Part shown: positions 1 through 8,684 of the stretch, piece after piece
How positions within the stretch are numbered: the first letter of the stretch is position 1
Layout of the letters: each line of letters opens with the position of its first letter
From: Nitrosopumilus sp.
Lineage (GTDB): Archaea; Thermoproteota; Nitrososphaeria; Nitrososphaerales; Nitrosopumilaceae
DNA length: 64,000 nt
Assembly: GCA_963662625.1 (NCBI GenBank)
Contig: OY759726.1
Span: 832,001 to 896,000, forward strand
Reading direction: 5' to 3'
The notes under the pieces: generated by a model
Database searches by the model: none
Seen by the model: the letters and a program-made list of their open reading frames with translations, nothing else
What the model was told of the DNA's origin: nothing
Position numbers and translations under genes: made by a program

Positions 1-2
1 GG

Positions 3-941
3 AAGAAGGAGCACTCGGGCACCGCCGGGCTGGTCCACGGCCTGGAGATCGAGTTCTTCCCGTTCGACGCCGAGGAGATGACGATTGACGTGGACCGGGC
101 GATGAAGAAGGTCAGGGACCTCAAAAAGGCCGGGCGGCTGCCCAAGATGGCCATGTTCGGCGGCTCGCTCTTCCTGTTTCCCCACCCGGTAAGGGAGCTG
201 GCCGGGTTCCTCAAGGGTCACGGCGTGCACGTGAACTATGACGCCGCCCACGTGGCGGGCCTCATCGCGGGGGGCAAGTTCCAAGACCCGCTGAGGGAGG
301 GCGCCGACACGATGACCATGAGCACCCACAAGACCCTGTTCGGGCCGCAGGGCGGGCTGGTCCTTGGATCCGAGGCGCACGCCGAGCCCATCAAAAAGGC
401 GACGTTCCCCGGGATGACAAGCAGCCACCACATCCACCACATGGCCGCAAAGGCGGTGGCGTTTGCAGAGGCGCTGGAGTTCGGGAGGGACTACGCGGCC
501 CAGGTCATAAAGAACGCCCGGTTCCTGGCAGAGGCCCTCAGCGACGCGGGGTTCCGGGTCCTGGGAGAGCGCAGGAAGTTTACGGAGTCGCACCAGATCG
601 CGGTGAACGTGCTGGAGTATTCCGACGGCGGGAAGGTGGAGGCCGACCTGGAGAGGGCCAACATAATAGTAAACAGGCAGCTGATCCCCGGGGACATCAA
701 GGCGGGGCGCAACTACTTCCACCCGGGCGGAATCAGGCTGGGGGTGTCGGAGATCACCAGGCTGGGGATGAAGAAGGCCGAGATGGAGGAGATTGCCGGG
801 TACATCAAGCGGGTCGTGGTCGACGGGAAGGACCCCAAGGGGGTGCGCTCAAGGGTGAGGTCGTTCAGGAAGGGCTTCCAGAAGGTCCGCTACTGCTTTG
901 ACAACAGGCTTGGCGGGTACGAGTACGTAAAGCTGCGGTAG
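3..941 (+). CDS. glyA: Serine hydroxymethyltransferase (5' end outside window)
   Basis: Frame is open from position 3. YDAAH, STHKTLFGPQGG (PLP lysine) and GIRLG motifs of SHMT. Confidence 0.95.
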   Translation, partial: KKEHSGTAGLVHGLEIEFFPFDAEEMTIDVDRAMKKVRDLKKAGRLPKMAMFGGSLFLFPHPVRELAGFLKGHGVHVNYDAAHVAGLIAGGKFQDPLREGADTMTMSTHKTLFGPQGGLVLGSEAHAEPIKKATFPGMTSSHHIHHMAAKAVAFAEALEFGRDYAAQVIKNARFLAEALSDAGFRVLGERRKFTESHQIAVNVLEYSDGGKVEADLERANIIVNRQLIPGDIKAGRNYFHPGGIRLGVSEITRLGMKKAEMEEIAGYIKRVVVDGKDPKGVRSRVRSFRKGFQKVRYCFDNRLGGYEYVKLR

Positions 942-943
942 GC

Positions 944-3900
944 CTAGGCAAAGTCGGTGAGGAGCGACTGGTCTCCCGCGTTCTTGCCAAATACCAGGTC
1001 GATCTCGTCGGACAGGGCGCGGATCCTGTTCTTCTGGTACGGGCCGACCGGGTATTTTTCCACCAGCCTCTTTGCAAGCTTGAGGTACTTCTCCACGGAG
1101 CCCCTGGTGATCGTCTGGATCAGGCCGTGCCCGCACATGCAGGCCTTGGTCAGCGGCGGCCGCCGGTACGACTTCCCGCAGGCCGTGCACCTGAACGCCT
1201 GCCTGGCGTACGAGCGGAGGTTTCCCACGATGTCCGGGACCAGGTGCGTGGAGATCACGTTTGAGACGATCTCGGGCGTGTCCACCGCGCTGATCAGGTC
1301 CGCGTTCCTGATCTGCATGTCGAGCTTGTCGAGCATCGAGCCCAGGGTCGAGTACGCGCTGCGCGGCTTCGAGGTGGACAGGGTGGTGGTGTCGCAGGTA
1401 AAGTGGTAGCCAAAGAACTGCCCCTCGGTATCCAGCCTGGACTTTATTATCTCGACTGACGTGACGTCGGACGCCTTCTTCTCCTGGAGCGTCGCTTTGA
1501 AAAAGTCCATGGGCAGCGCCTTTGTCACCTCCAGGTTGTGCGCCTGCGGCTGGGATTCGTGCGGGAGCACGAGGGGCTGGATCAGCAGCGGGGCGTCCAT
1601 GAGCCCGCCGATCCTGTCGGAAAGGAACTGCCTTGAGAAGTTGAGCAGGGCGTCCATGAGCAGCATGATCGAGTCGGCGTCGCCGTCTGCGTCGCGCCGC
1701 TTGGCGGAGTGCCAGTTGGGGGTCCCGAAGCACACGTGGGTCTTGGTGTGGCCCACCACCCTGCCCACGATCCCCACGGACGTGTGGGGGGCGAGCCCGA
1801 TGACGAGGTGCCCCACCAGATCGTCCACGCCTTCCACGTTGTAAAAGGCCCGGCGCCCGTAGAACTTCTCCAGCAGCATGTCGATGTACTTGCAGGCCGA
1901 CACGAGGTGCGCCGCGGCGTCGTGCGGGATCACCACGTCCTGCATCTTGAGTTCGACCGTCTGGTCGGGATCCGCCAGCGGCCTTCCGTCCACGTCCGTC
2001 TCGTACCCGAGCCCCTTCAGGACGCCGACCGGGGTGCCTATCCAGGAGGGCCGGAAGTGCGTCAGCGGGCCGTTTGTGGCGTCAAACCTCACCGTGCCGT
2101 CCTTGAACATGGTCAGGCCGTGGTGCTGCCTGGCCAGGCCCTTTTCGAGCGGTTCGGGGATCCTGTCCTGGCTTATCAGGCTCTTCACGCCCTTGAACGG
2201 TTCCCGGGCGCGGAGCCCCATCTTTTCCTGGGCCTCCATGAGCCGGGACTTGAGCGGGAACGCCTTGTGGGAGTGGGCGTGGGCCTGCCTCTTGCACCTC
2301 TGGCAGAAGTCAGAGTCCAGGTCTTCCCTGCACGACTGGCACCGGTAGGACGTCGCCGTCTTCTCCCCGCACCGCCGGCACCTTATCCCGATGGACGGTT
2401 CCCGGCACCTCGCGCAGGCCCGGTTGGAGATGTCGGTGTAAAAGTTCTCCTGCCTTGAGGCCTTCAGGAGGTCCCGCGTGGCCCCCCCCTTGTCGCCTAT
2501 GGGGAACAGCACGTGGATCGGGGGCTTCATCTGCCTCGGGGCCGCCTTTTCCGGCCTGCCTATGCGCACGCCGATCGACGTGGAGAACTTGTTCCTGACT
2601 GGGATCCCGGACGATTCCGAGAGGATGCGCGGCACGGGCATGTCCGTGACGCGCGGCCCGTGCCTGAACAGCAGGTTGTGGAAGATCTTCGCCTCCTCGT
2701 TTCGCAGCACCGGGTCGCCTTCCACGACCGCGTGCTGGGCGCCGAGGGCCTCGAGCGCGGGCTTCGCCTGCGGGGGGTAGCGGATGCGGCCCTCCGTCGC
2801 CTCTAGCGGCTCCAGGAGCCGCCGCAGGTCTTCCGGGGAGATGTGGTCCCAGAAGTGCAGGTACCTCGGGTGCAGCGGGACGTGGTGGTCGCGGGACAGC
2901 CAGAGGGCCTCGTCGAGCGTGGGCGCCCTGGCGAGGAACCGGCTCAGGCCTGCGTCCGGCCCCGTTTTTGCGATCTTCTCCCTCAGGTCCTCGGCCCAGA
3001 ACTCCTCGACGTACCCGGAGGGGGCCAGCTGCGCGTTGTTTTCCAAAAAGTCCCCAAACGAGATCAGTATGTCGCCCAGGTGCAGGATCTTCTCGATCCG
3101 GTCCTTTATGGAGATTCCGTGCCGCGCGTCCCGGATCCTGACCACCTCGCCCCCCGCCAGGCGGACCGTGGGGGCCTCCAGGGAGTCCACGAATGCCACG
3201 GTGGCCCCCTTGCCGGGCGTGTTGATCTTGATCTGCGTGCCCACGGCCACCGTGTGGTCGAGGATCTCGGCCACCGCCGGGTGGATCCCGACCGAGGCAA
3301 ACCCGGTGTTGCACGCCCTGCCGTAGCGCAGCCTGAACCCGCCCTTCCTGTTTGGCATGGACAGCACGGACCTACCGAGGATCACCTCGTGCATCCTTTT
3401 TGCCGCGGCGTCCTCCTGGTCGCCGTCGCCCAGCTGGACTGCCCCCTTCAGGCCGTCCAGCCACTCCCAGCCGTCCAGCTTGTACATCTCTATCCTCTTG
3501 AGCAGCTTCTTGGACCGCCCGATCAGCCCGTCGTTGAGCACCCGCAACGCGCCCCCCCTTACGCGGTCCGTGCTGATCCTGGCCATGCCCTTGTGGTTGA
3601 CCACCTCGTAGGGATCCGTGTCCACGCCGTCAAGCTCCACGGGGAGGTTTGAGATCACGTGCTCTATGTCCTCGTCCAGTATGTGGAACTGGAAGTTGCC
3701 TGCCTCCCTCTCGTAGATGCGGAGCTCCTCCACGAACCTGCCCGTCTCGTCGTCAAAGGAGTTGGCCTGGAACCTTGCCAGGCCGGCGGCCTTTCTCACG
3801 TGGTTCGCGATGAGCATGGTTATGGCCGACTCCGTCCCGCCCGCGGACCGCATCGGGCCGGCGATGGAGACGGAGAGGTACTCGCTGCCGTCCTTGTTCT

Positions 3901-4321
3901 TCTTGATCCTGACCTCGCTGATGCCCTGCAGCGGGGCGATCGTGACCCCCTCGGTCACGACGGCCAGCCCCACCCTTACGGCAAGGCCGAGCCTCTCCTC
4001 CAGGGTGGCGTCGGGCGCGGAGTGCTTTCCCAGCGCTATCTCCTTAGAAAGGATGAGGGCGGAGAACTCCTTGCCGTGGTCCTTCAGCAGCTCGCGGAGG
4101 GGGCCGGCGATGTCGATGTCGTGCATCTTTGCGACCCGATCGGCCAGGTCATAGGTGATCTTTGGCTCGATTACGCCCGACGAGTCGGCCAGGCAGGACT
4201 TGGCGGCCGCGGCGTTTTCATAGGCGTCGTACGTGCGGACGGACAGCTCGCGGTAGTACCTGCGGTAGGAGTCCGGCATCGCTATGTTGTTGATTCTGGC
4301 AACCGCGGCGTTTTCGGGCAA
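944..4321 (-). CDS. polC: DNA polymerase II (PolD) large subunit DP2
   Basis: 1125 aa. GFRLRYGR, KRRDADGDAD catalytic region, GGLMDAPL, and Cys clusters for Zn fingers. Confidence 0.97.
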   Translation of the reverse strand: MPENAAVARINNIAMPDSYRRYYRELSVRTYDAYENAAAAKSCLADSSGVIEPKITYDLADRVAKMHDIDIAGPLRELLKDHGKEFSALILSKEIALGKHSAPDATLEERLGLAVRVGLAVVTEGVTIAPLQGISEVRIKKNKDGSEYLSVSIAGPMRSAGGTESAITMLIANHVRKAAGLARFQANSFDDETGRFVEELRIYEREAGNFQFHILDEDIEHVISNLPVELDGVDTDPYEVVNHKGMARISTDRVRGGALRVLNDGLIGRSKKLLKRIEMYKLDGWEWLDGLKGAVQLGDGDQEDAAAKRMHEVILGRSVLSMPNRKGGFRLRYGRACNTGFASVGIHPAVAEILDHTVAVGTQIKINTPGKGATVAFVDSLEAPTVRLAGGEVVRIRDARHGISIKDRIEKILHLGDILISFGDFLENNAQLAPSGYVEEFWAEDLREKIAKTGPDAGLSRFLARAPTLDEALWLSRDHHVPLHPRYLHFWDHISPEDLRRLLEPLEATEGRIRYPPQAKPALEALGAQHAVVEGDPVLRNEEAKIFHNLLFRHGPRVTDMPVPRILSESSGIPVRNKFSTSIGVRIGRPEKAAPRQMKPPIHVLFPIGDKGGATRDLLKASRQENFYTDISNRACARCREPSIGIRCRRCGEKTATSYRCQSCREDLDSDFCQRCKRQAHAHSHKAFPLKSRLMEAQEKMGLRAREPFKGVKSLISQDRIPEPLEKGLARQHHGLTMFKDGTVRFDATNGPLTHFRPSWIGTPVGVLKGLGYETDVDGRPLADPDQTVELKMQDVVIPHDAAAHLVSACKYIDMLLEKFYGRRAFYNVEGVDDLVGHLVIGLAPHTSVGIVGRVVGHTKTHVCFGTPNWHSAKRRDADGDADSIMLLMDALLNFSRQFLSDRIGGLMDAPLLIQPLVLPHESQPQAHNLEVTKALPMDFFKATLQEKKASDVTSVEIIKSRLDTEGQFFGYHFTCDTTTLSTSKPRSAYSTLGSMLDKLDMQIRNADLISAVDTPEIVSNVISTHLVPDIVGNLRSYARQAFRCTACGKSYRRPPLTKACMCGHGLIQTITRGSVEKYLKLAKRLVEKYPVGPYQKNRIRALSDEIDLVFGKNAGDQSLLTDFA

Positions 4322-4333
4322 GGCCGGCGACCA

Positions 4334-5083
4334 CTACGCCCTCTGGACGGCCTTTGCCATCTCCGCAAGCTTCTTGGCGCTCCCGCCCCTCTCAAGAAGG
4401 GTCCCTATGACCAGGGCGTCGGCCCCCGCCGCCGCGAGCCCTTTCGCGGTCTTGGCATCCCTTATTCCTCCCCCTACCACCAAAAACCCGTCAAAGGCAC
4501 TGCGTACCGTCTTGACCATCTCCGGGGTTACCGGGGATCTTGCCCCGGAGCCTGCCTCAAGGTAGACGAACCTCATGCCGAGGAACCGCGCCGCCAGCGC
4601 GTAGGCCGCCGCGATCTTCGGCTTTTCAAGCGGGATGCCCCGCGCGGAGCCCACGAACCACGCGGAGGTGCCCTCCCCTATGACCAGGTATGCGGTGGGG
4701 AGGGGCTCCAGCCCGAACTTCAGGACGCTGGGCGCGCCCAGCGCCTGGGCCTGGGTTATAAAGTAGGGGTTTTCGGAGTTCATCATCGAGCTGAACAGGA
4801 TCGCGTCCGCGTCGGGAACCACGCCGGTGACGTTTCCCGGGAACAGGATTATCGGTATGTCCACCCCCTTCTTGATCTCCCTTACCGCCTCGGCCATCTC
4901 AATCTGGTTGGTCGCCGACGAGCCCCCCACGAGTATCGCCGACGCGCCGGCCTTCTCTGCCTCCCTTGCGAGCTTCTGCGAGGACTCTGTGTTGGAGACC
5001 TCGGAGTCGATCAGGACGAACAGAAGCGCCTTCTTGGCCTTCAGTTCGGACTTTAAGAACGACTCCACGCGGCCTTTGGACAT
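4334..5083 (-). CDS. Geranylgeranylglyceryl phosphate synthase
   Basis: ILVGGS, ILFPG, YLEAGSGA and VGGGIR motifs of the GGGPS/PcrB family. Confidence 0.93.
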   Translation of the reverse strand: MSKGRVESFLKSELKAKKALLFVLIDSEVSNTESSQKLAREAEKAGASAILVGGSSATNQIEMAEAVREIKKGVDIPIILFPGNVTGVVPDADAILFSSMMNSENPYFITQAQALGAPSVLKFGLEPLPTAYLVIGEGTSAWFVGSARGIPLEKPKIAAAYALAARFLGMRFVYLEAGSGARSPVTPEMVKTVRSAFDGFLVVGGGIRDAKTAKGLAAAGADALVIGTLLERGGSAKKLAEMAKAVQRA

Positions 5084-5183
5084 ACCGGTGGTATGCGCCT
5101 GCGTCTTTAAAGTTTAATTGAGGCTGGGTATACGGATTTGTATAGCTTTGGCCGGGTCTGGAGGATCTAATTTTAACAACATC

Positions 5184-5510
5184 ATGCAACAAATTATCGA
5201 AAAATCGCTGTTTACTGAACGGCAGATTGAAATTATTTTAAAACAGAAGGATCTCCTTGACGTGGAGTTTTCAATGACAAAGGGCGCGTACTACAGGCAG
5301 GTGGGCCAGTCCAGGGAGAAGTTGGTCTCGTTTTTCTACTCAATCGTGCTGCTGCGCGCCCTAGGCATACTGTTGCCCGATGATGCAGACGTGATGTCAA
5401 AGCTTTCTGCCCAGGTAAGCGTGATAAACGACGGTGATGTTTTTCCCGAAAGGGAAGCCGACGTGATGGGCGTGATTGACAGGGTGGTCCGCCAGGCGTG
5501 CTGGCCGTGA
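5184..5510 (+). CDS. Hypothetical protein, probable HTH DNA-binding (Tfx-like N-terminus)
   Basis: ATG at 5184. SLFTERQIEII resembles the Tfx/HTH start. Function inferred. Confidence 0.6.
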   Translation: MQQIIEKSLFTERQIEIILKQKDLLDVEFSMTKGAYYRQVGQSREKLVSFFYSIVLLRALGILLPDDADVMSKLSAQVSVINDGDVFPEREADVMGVIDRVVRQACWP

Positions 5511-5633
5511 CGTAGTGCGTTATGCCCCGCCACCCGTTGCGCGGCAACCGTGACGGGCGGTGTGTGATTATTAGTCTAAAATGTGAAATAATGTTATGCG
5601 ACCACAATAAATCACGAGCCGTGCGTAAATATT

Positions 5634-6248
5634 GTGATGTTGGTGGAAATCCCGGATCCCGGCGTGATTTTGGGCATGGTGGCGGCCTTCCTTGCGGGTG
5701 TGGGGGGCTTGTTCCTCTACCACAGGATACGCCCGCTCGTGGGCGCTGGAAGGGAGGCGGGATCGGGCCATTCAGAGAGGCTGGAGTATTATGAAAGGCA
5801 GTTGATCGACATGAAGATCAGGCTGGATGCCATGGAACTGCAGGGGATCGGGCAGGAAGGGGGGGATCCCGGCCCGGAACTGGAACGGTTCGTGGAGAAA
5901 CCGGCGGAGGGTGCGGCCGAAGGGAAGCCCGCGGCGCCGGAGAGTCCCGCCCCGGCGGCGCCCCAGGCGCCAAAACCCGCGCCCGCGCCCGGTTCTGACG
6001 CCAACAGCATCGTCGAGCGCGTGTTGCATCTGGTCACGCACAAGGCCATGACGTCACGTGACATACAGGCCACGTTAAGGCGCAGCAGGGAGCACACGTC
6101 ACGCCTCATGAAGAAGCTGTTTGATGACGGGTATGTTGACAGGACCCGGACCAAGCCGTACGCGTACTCCCTTACCCAGAAGGGAAGGGAGAAGATCTCC
6201 GTGGCCGGGCCAAAAAACGCCGCCGTCGCGTCCCCCCCCGTCACGTAG
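5634..6248 (+). CDS. Membrane-anchored winged-helix (MarR-like) DNA-binding protein
   Basis: N-terminal hydrophobic helix, coiled coil, Pro/Ala linker, and C-terminal wHTH (TSRDIQATLRRSREHTSRLMKKLFDDGYVDR). Confidence 0.8.
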   Translation: MMLVEIPDPGVILGMVAAFLAGVGGLFLYHRIRPLVGAGREAGSGHSERLEYYERQLIDMKIRLDAMELQGIGQEGGDPGPELERFVEKPAEGAAEGKPAAPESPAPAAPQAPKPAPAPGSDANSIVERVLHLVTHKAMTSRDIQATLRRSREHTSRLMKKLFDDGYVDRTRTKPYAYSLTQKGREKISVAGPKNAAVASPPVT

Positions 6249-6464
6249 GGCTTGCCATCGGGGCCCTCCAGAAGCGCGGGCCGGTTCGCCGGGCCCGAAA
6301 TGCCGGGGCCCGCATGAAATCCGGGCGTCGGGGAGGGCGCCCGCACTGTGGCCCGGGCGCCCCAAGACGCGCCATGTGGGGCCGCGGTTTTGGAAGATCG
6401 TTGTTTTTTGTATTAAATCATAATCAATAGATAATAATAAATTCTATGTATTATTAATAATAAT

Positions 6465-6626
6465 ATGTCCGTACAGGAAAACGAGGTCCTGGTAAAGATC
6501 ACGTCTGCAGGGACGATCTCCATCCCGAAACAATTCAGAAAGTACATGGACATCCAGAAGGGCGAGTACGTAAAACTGGTGTTGGGAACGGATCAGATAA
6601 CCGTGCGTAAGATCGTGATTTCGTGA
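6465..6626 (+). CDS. AbrB/MazE/SpoVT-family DNA-binding protein (53 aa, not in ORF track)
   Basis: Hand translation MSVQENEVLVKITSAGTISIPKQFRKYMDIQKGEYVKLVLGTDQITVRKIVIS fits the AbrB signature. AT-rich promoter upstream. Confidence 0.88.
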   Translation: MSVQENEVLVKITSAGTISIPKQFRKYMDIQKGEYVKLVLGTDQITVRKIVIS

Positions 6627-7016
6627 TCAGTTTCCCTGCCTCTGGCCCACCCGTATGGTCTGGTATGTCCATTCGCGGCCCGTCCTGATCCTGCCCATCT
6701 TGCCCTTGGTGGAGAACCGCGAGAGGTATGTGGAGATTATGCTTAGTTTTATCGGCTCGTTAAACTCGTCCTCGTATTTCTCCAGTATGTTGGTGGACGT
6801 AAACTTGCCCATTGGGAAGAACTTGTCCACCACATGCCAGATTTTTGAGCCCGTGGAGTCTAGATCGGGGGTGGCGGGCTCCTCCTCGATGTTCATCAGG
6901 TCCAGCATCTCGAAGATTTTAAGGACCTTCTCCCTTGGGACGTTGCCCTCCAGTTTTATATCAAAGCGGGTGCCGTCCGAGTCCTCCATGTCTATGCGAA
7001 TGCGTTTTTTGGCCAA
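6627..7016 (-). CDS. Hypothetical protein with probable C-terminal winged helix
   Basis: 129 aa. FTSTNILEKYEDEFNEPIKLSIISTYLSRF...GREWTY is wHTH-like. Confidence 0.7.
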   Translation of the reverse strand: MAKKRIRIDMEDSDGTRFDIKLEGNVPREKVLKIFEMLDLMNIEEEPATPDLDSTGSKIWHVVDKFFPMGKFTSTNILEKYEDEFNEPIKLSIISTYLSRFSTKGKMGRIRTGREWTYQTIRVGQRQGN

Positions 7017-7059
7017 TGAGGATCTTGAGGATCTAACGTTTACAGTTCAAGTGATCTAA

Positions 7060-7481
7060 AGGTTTTTGTTAACAAAGTGGTTTGTTAAGATTGACTGCCT
7101 AGCCCACGCCTGGGCATGGTTTTGTCATTAACACCCGGCCCGCGCCCTAGGCCGGAATGGGCGGCAAAACCACGCCTAGAGTGGAAATATAGGGGTCGGT
7201 TCCGTGTTATTCACAGCGTTAACCCCCTTCTTCACGCCTGGAATGGAAATATAGGGGTCAAAATGGCCCGTAATGGGCGGCCCATAACATAAAATTAACG
7301 CGGTTGTTAACCCGGCGCGGCCCACACACCCGTGTTTCCACTCCCTTTCTTTCATTTTTTTTTTTGAAAACCTAATAATCTAACCAAAAATAATTAATTA
7401 CAAACTAAACTAGAGTTAGTAATACATCCTATACCCTCAATTTGGATGTGAAGTTGTTGAATGGAAACGCAGGTGTGTGTG
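7060..7481. other. Probable chromosomal replication origin (oriC) with ORB elements and DUE
   Basis: Direct repeats cacgcct-N4-tggaaatataggggtc at 7171-7197 and 7233-7259. Inverted tggaaac..ggtgtgtg pair at 7321-7343 (-) and ~7458-7480 (+) flanks AT-rich 7345-7440. Lies immediately upstream of cdc6. Confidence 0.85.
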
Positions 7482-8684
7482 ATGGTCGACCCGATTGACA
7501 GGATACTGGATGCGGTGGAGGCAGGCGAGTCGATAATAAAAAGCCGCGAGATCCTGCATTTTAACTACATCCCGGACACCATCCAGCACAGGAACCAGGA
7601 GCAGGAACACGTGACCCAGTCGCTGATCCCCATCCTGAAGCAGTCGCGGCCCTCGAACCTGCTGGTGTACGGAAAGCCGGGCACCGGCAAGACGCTGGTC
7701 GTGAAGAAGGTGATCTCCAAGATCCAAGAACGGGTCAAAAAATCGAACTTTCCCATCAAGTTGGTCTATTCCAACTCGAAGGAGGAGACCACCCTGTACG
7801 GGCTGCTGGTAAGCTTCGGGCGGCAGTTGGGCATGGACGACAAGGACCTGCCCACCACGGGCCTTGCGATCAGCGAGGTCTTCAAGAGGCTGCTTGCCAA
7901 CATAAGCGGCAACAAACTCAACGTGATCTTCGTGGTGGACGAGATCGACTACCTCGCACAGCTGGTCTCAAAGACCGGCAAGGACATACTGTACCAGCTG
8001 ACGAGGGCCAACGGGAGGCTCGAGAACGGGTCGCTGACCCTGGCGGGGATATCAAACGACCTGACGTTCAAAGAGAAGCTTGATCCGCGGGTGATAAGCA
8101 GCCTGGGGGAGGAGGAGATCGTCTTTCCGAACTACAACGTGGAGCAGATCAAGAAGATCCTGGAGGCGAGGATACGGGAGGCCTTCGTGCCCGGCTCCGT
8201 CGAGGACCCGGCGCTGAACCTGTGCGCGGCCATGGCGGGCGGCGAGCACGGGGACGCCAGGCGCGCGATAGACCTTATCCGGGTGGCGGGGGAGATCGCA
8301 GAGAGGCGGCAGTCCAAGAGCGTGACGGCCGGCCACGTCAGGGAGGCGTCCCAGAAGATAGAGGAGAACAAGGAAGAGGCGTCCCTCAAGTCCTACCCCC
8401 TCCACGAAAAGCTGGTGATACTCGCGGTAATGAAGGCCGCCGGCTCCTCCACGGGCGAGATCTACTCTGCCTACAGGGGGCTCTGCAAGGCCGTCGGCAG
8501 GGACGGCCTGACCCAGAGGAGGATCACCCAGATGCTGAGCGAGATCGAGCTCTCCGGGATAATCACCGGGCGGCTGGTCCACCAGGGAATGCACGGAAGG
8601 ACCAAGAAATACAAGCTCACGGTCTCCCCCGAGATGGTCAAAAAGGCGTTCCGGGAGGAGCTAACGCTGCAGGATGTCGTCTGA
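7482..8684 (+). CDS. cdc6: Orc1/Cdc6 replication initiator
   Basis: Walker A GKPGTGKT, Walker B VVDEID, GDARRAIDL and a C-terminal wHTH. ATG 7482 preferred because ATG 7461 lies within an ORB. Confidence 0.96.
   Translation: MVDPIDRILDAVEAGESIIKSREILHFNYIPDTIQHRNQEQEHVTQSLIPILKQSRPSNLLVYGKPGTGKTLVVKKVISKIQERVKKSNFPIKLVYSNSKEETTLYGLLVSFGRQLGMDDKDLPTTGLAISEVFKRLLANISGNKLNVIFVVDEIDYLAQLVSKTGKDILYQLTRANGRLENGSLTLAGISNDLTFKEKLDPRVISSLGEEEIVFPNYNVEQIKKILEARIREAFVPGSVEDPALNLCAAMAGGEHGDARRAIDLIRVAGEIAERRQSKSVTAGHVREASQKIEENKEEASLKSYPLHEKLVILAVMKAAGSSTGEIYSAYRGLCKAVGRDGLTQRRITQMLSEIELSGIITGRLVHQGMHGRTKKYKLTVSPEMVKKAFREELTLQDVV

Noticed and set aside
6465-7016. AbrB/MazE antitoxin-toxin pair
   Set aside because: The neighbour is convergent and wHTH-like, not a PIN/MazF toxin.
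7171-7259. Mini CRISPR array (27-bp repeats, 35-bp spacer)
   Set aside because: Only two imperfect copies and no cas genes. The sequence fits the ORB consensus next to cdc6.
944-8684. Inteins in DP2 or Cdc6
   Set aside because: Both lengths are normal and no intein motifs are visible.
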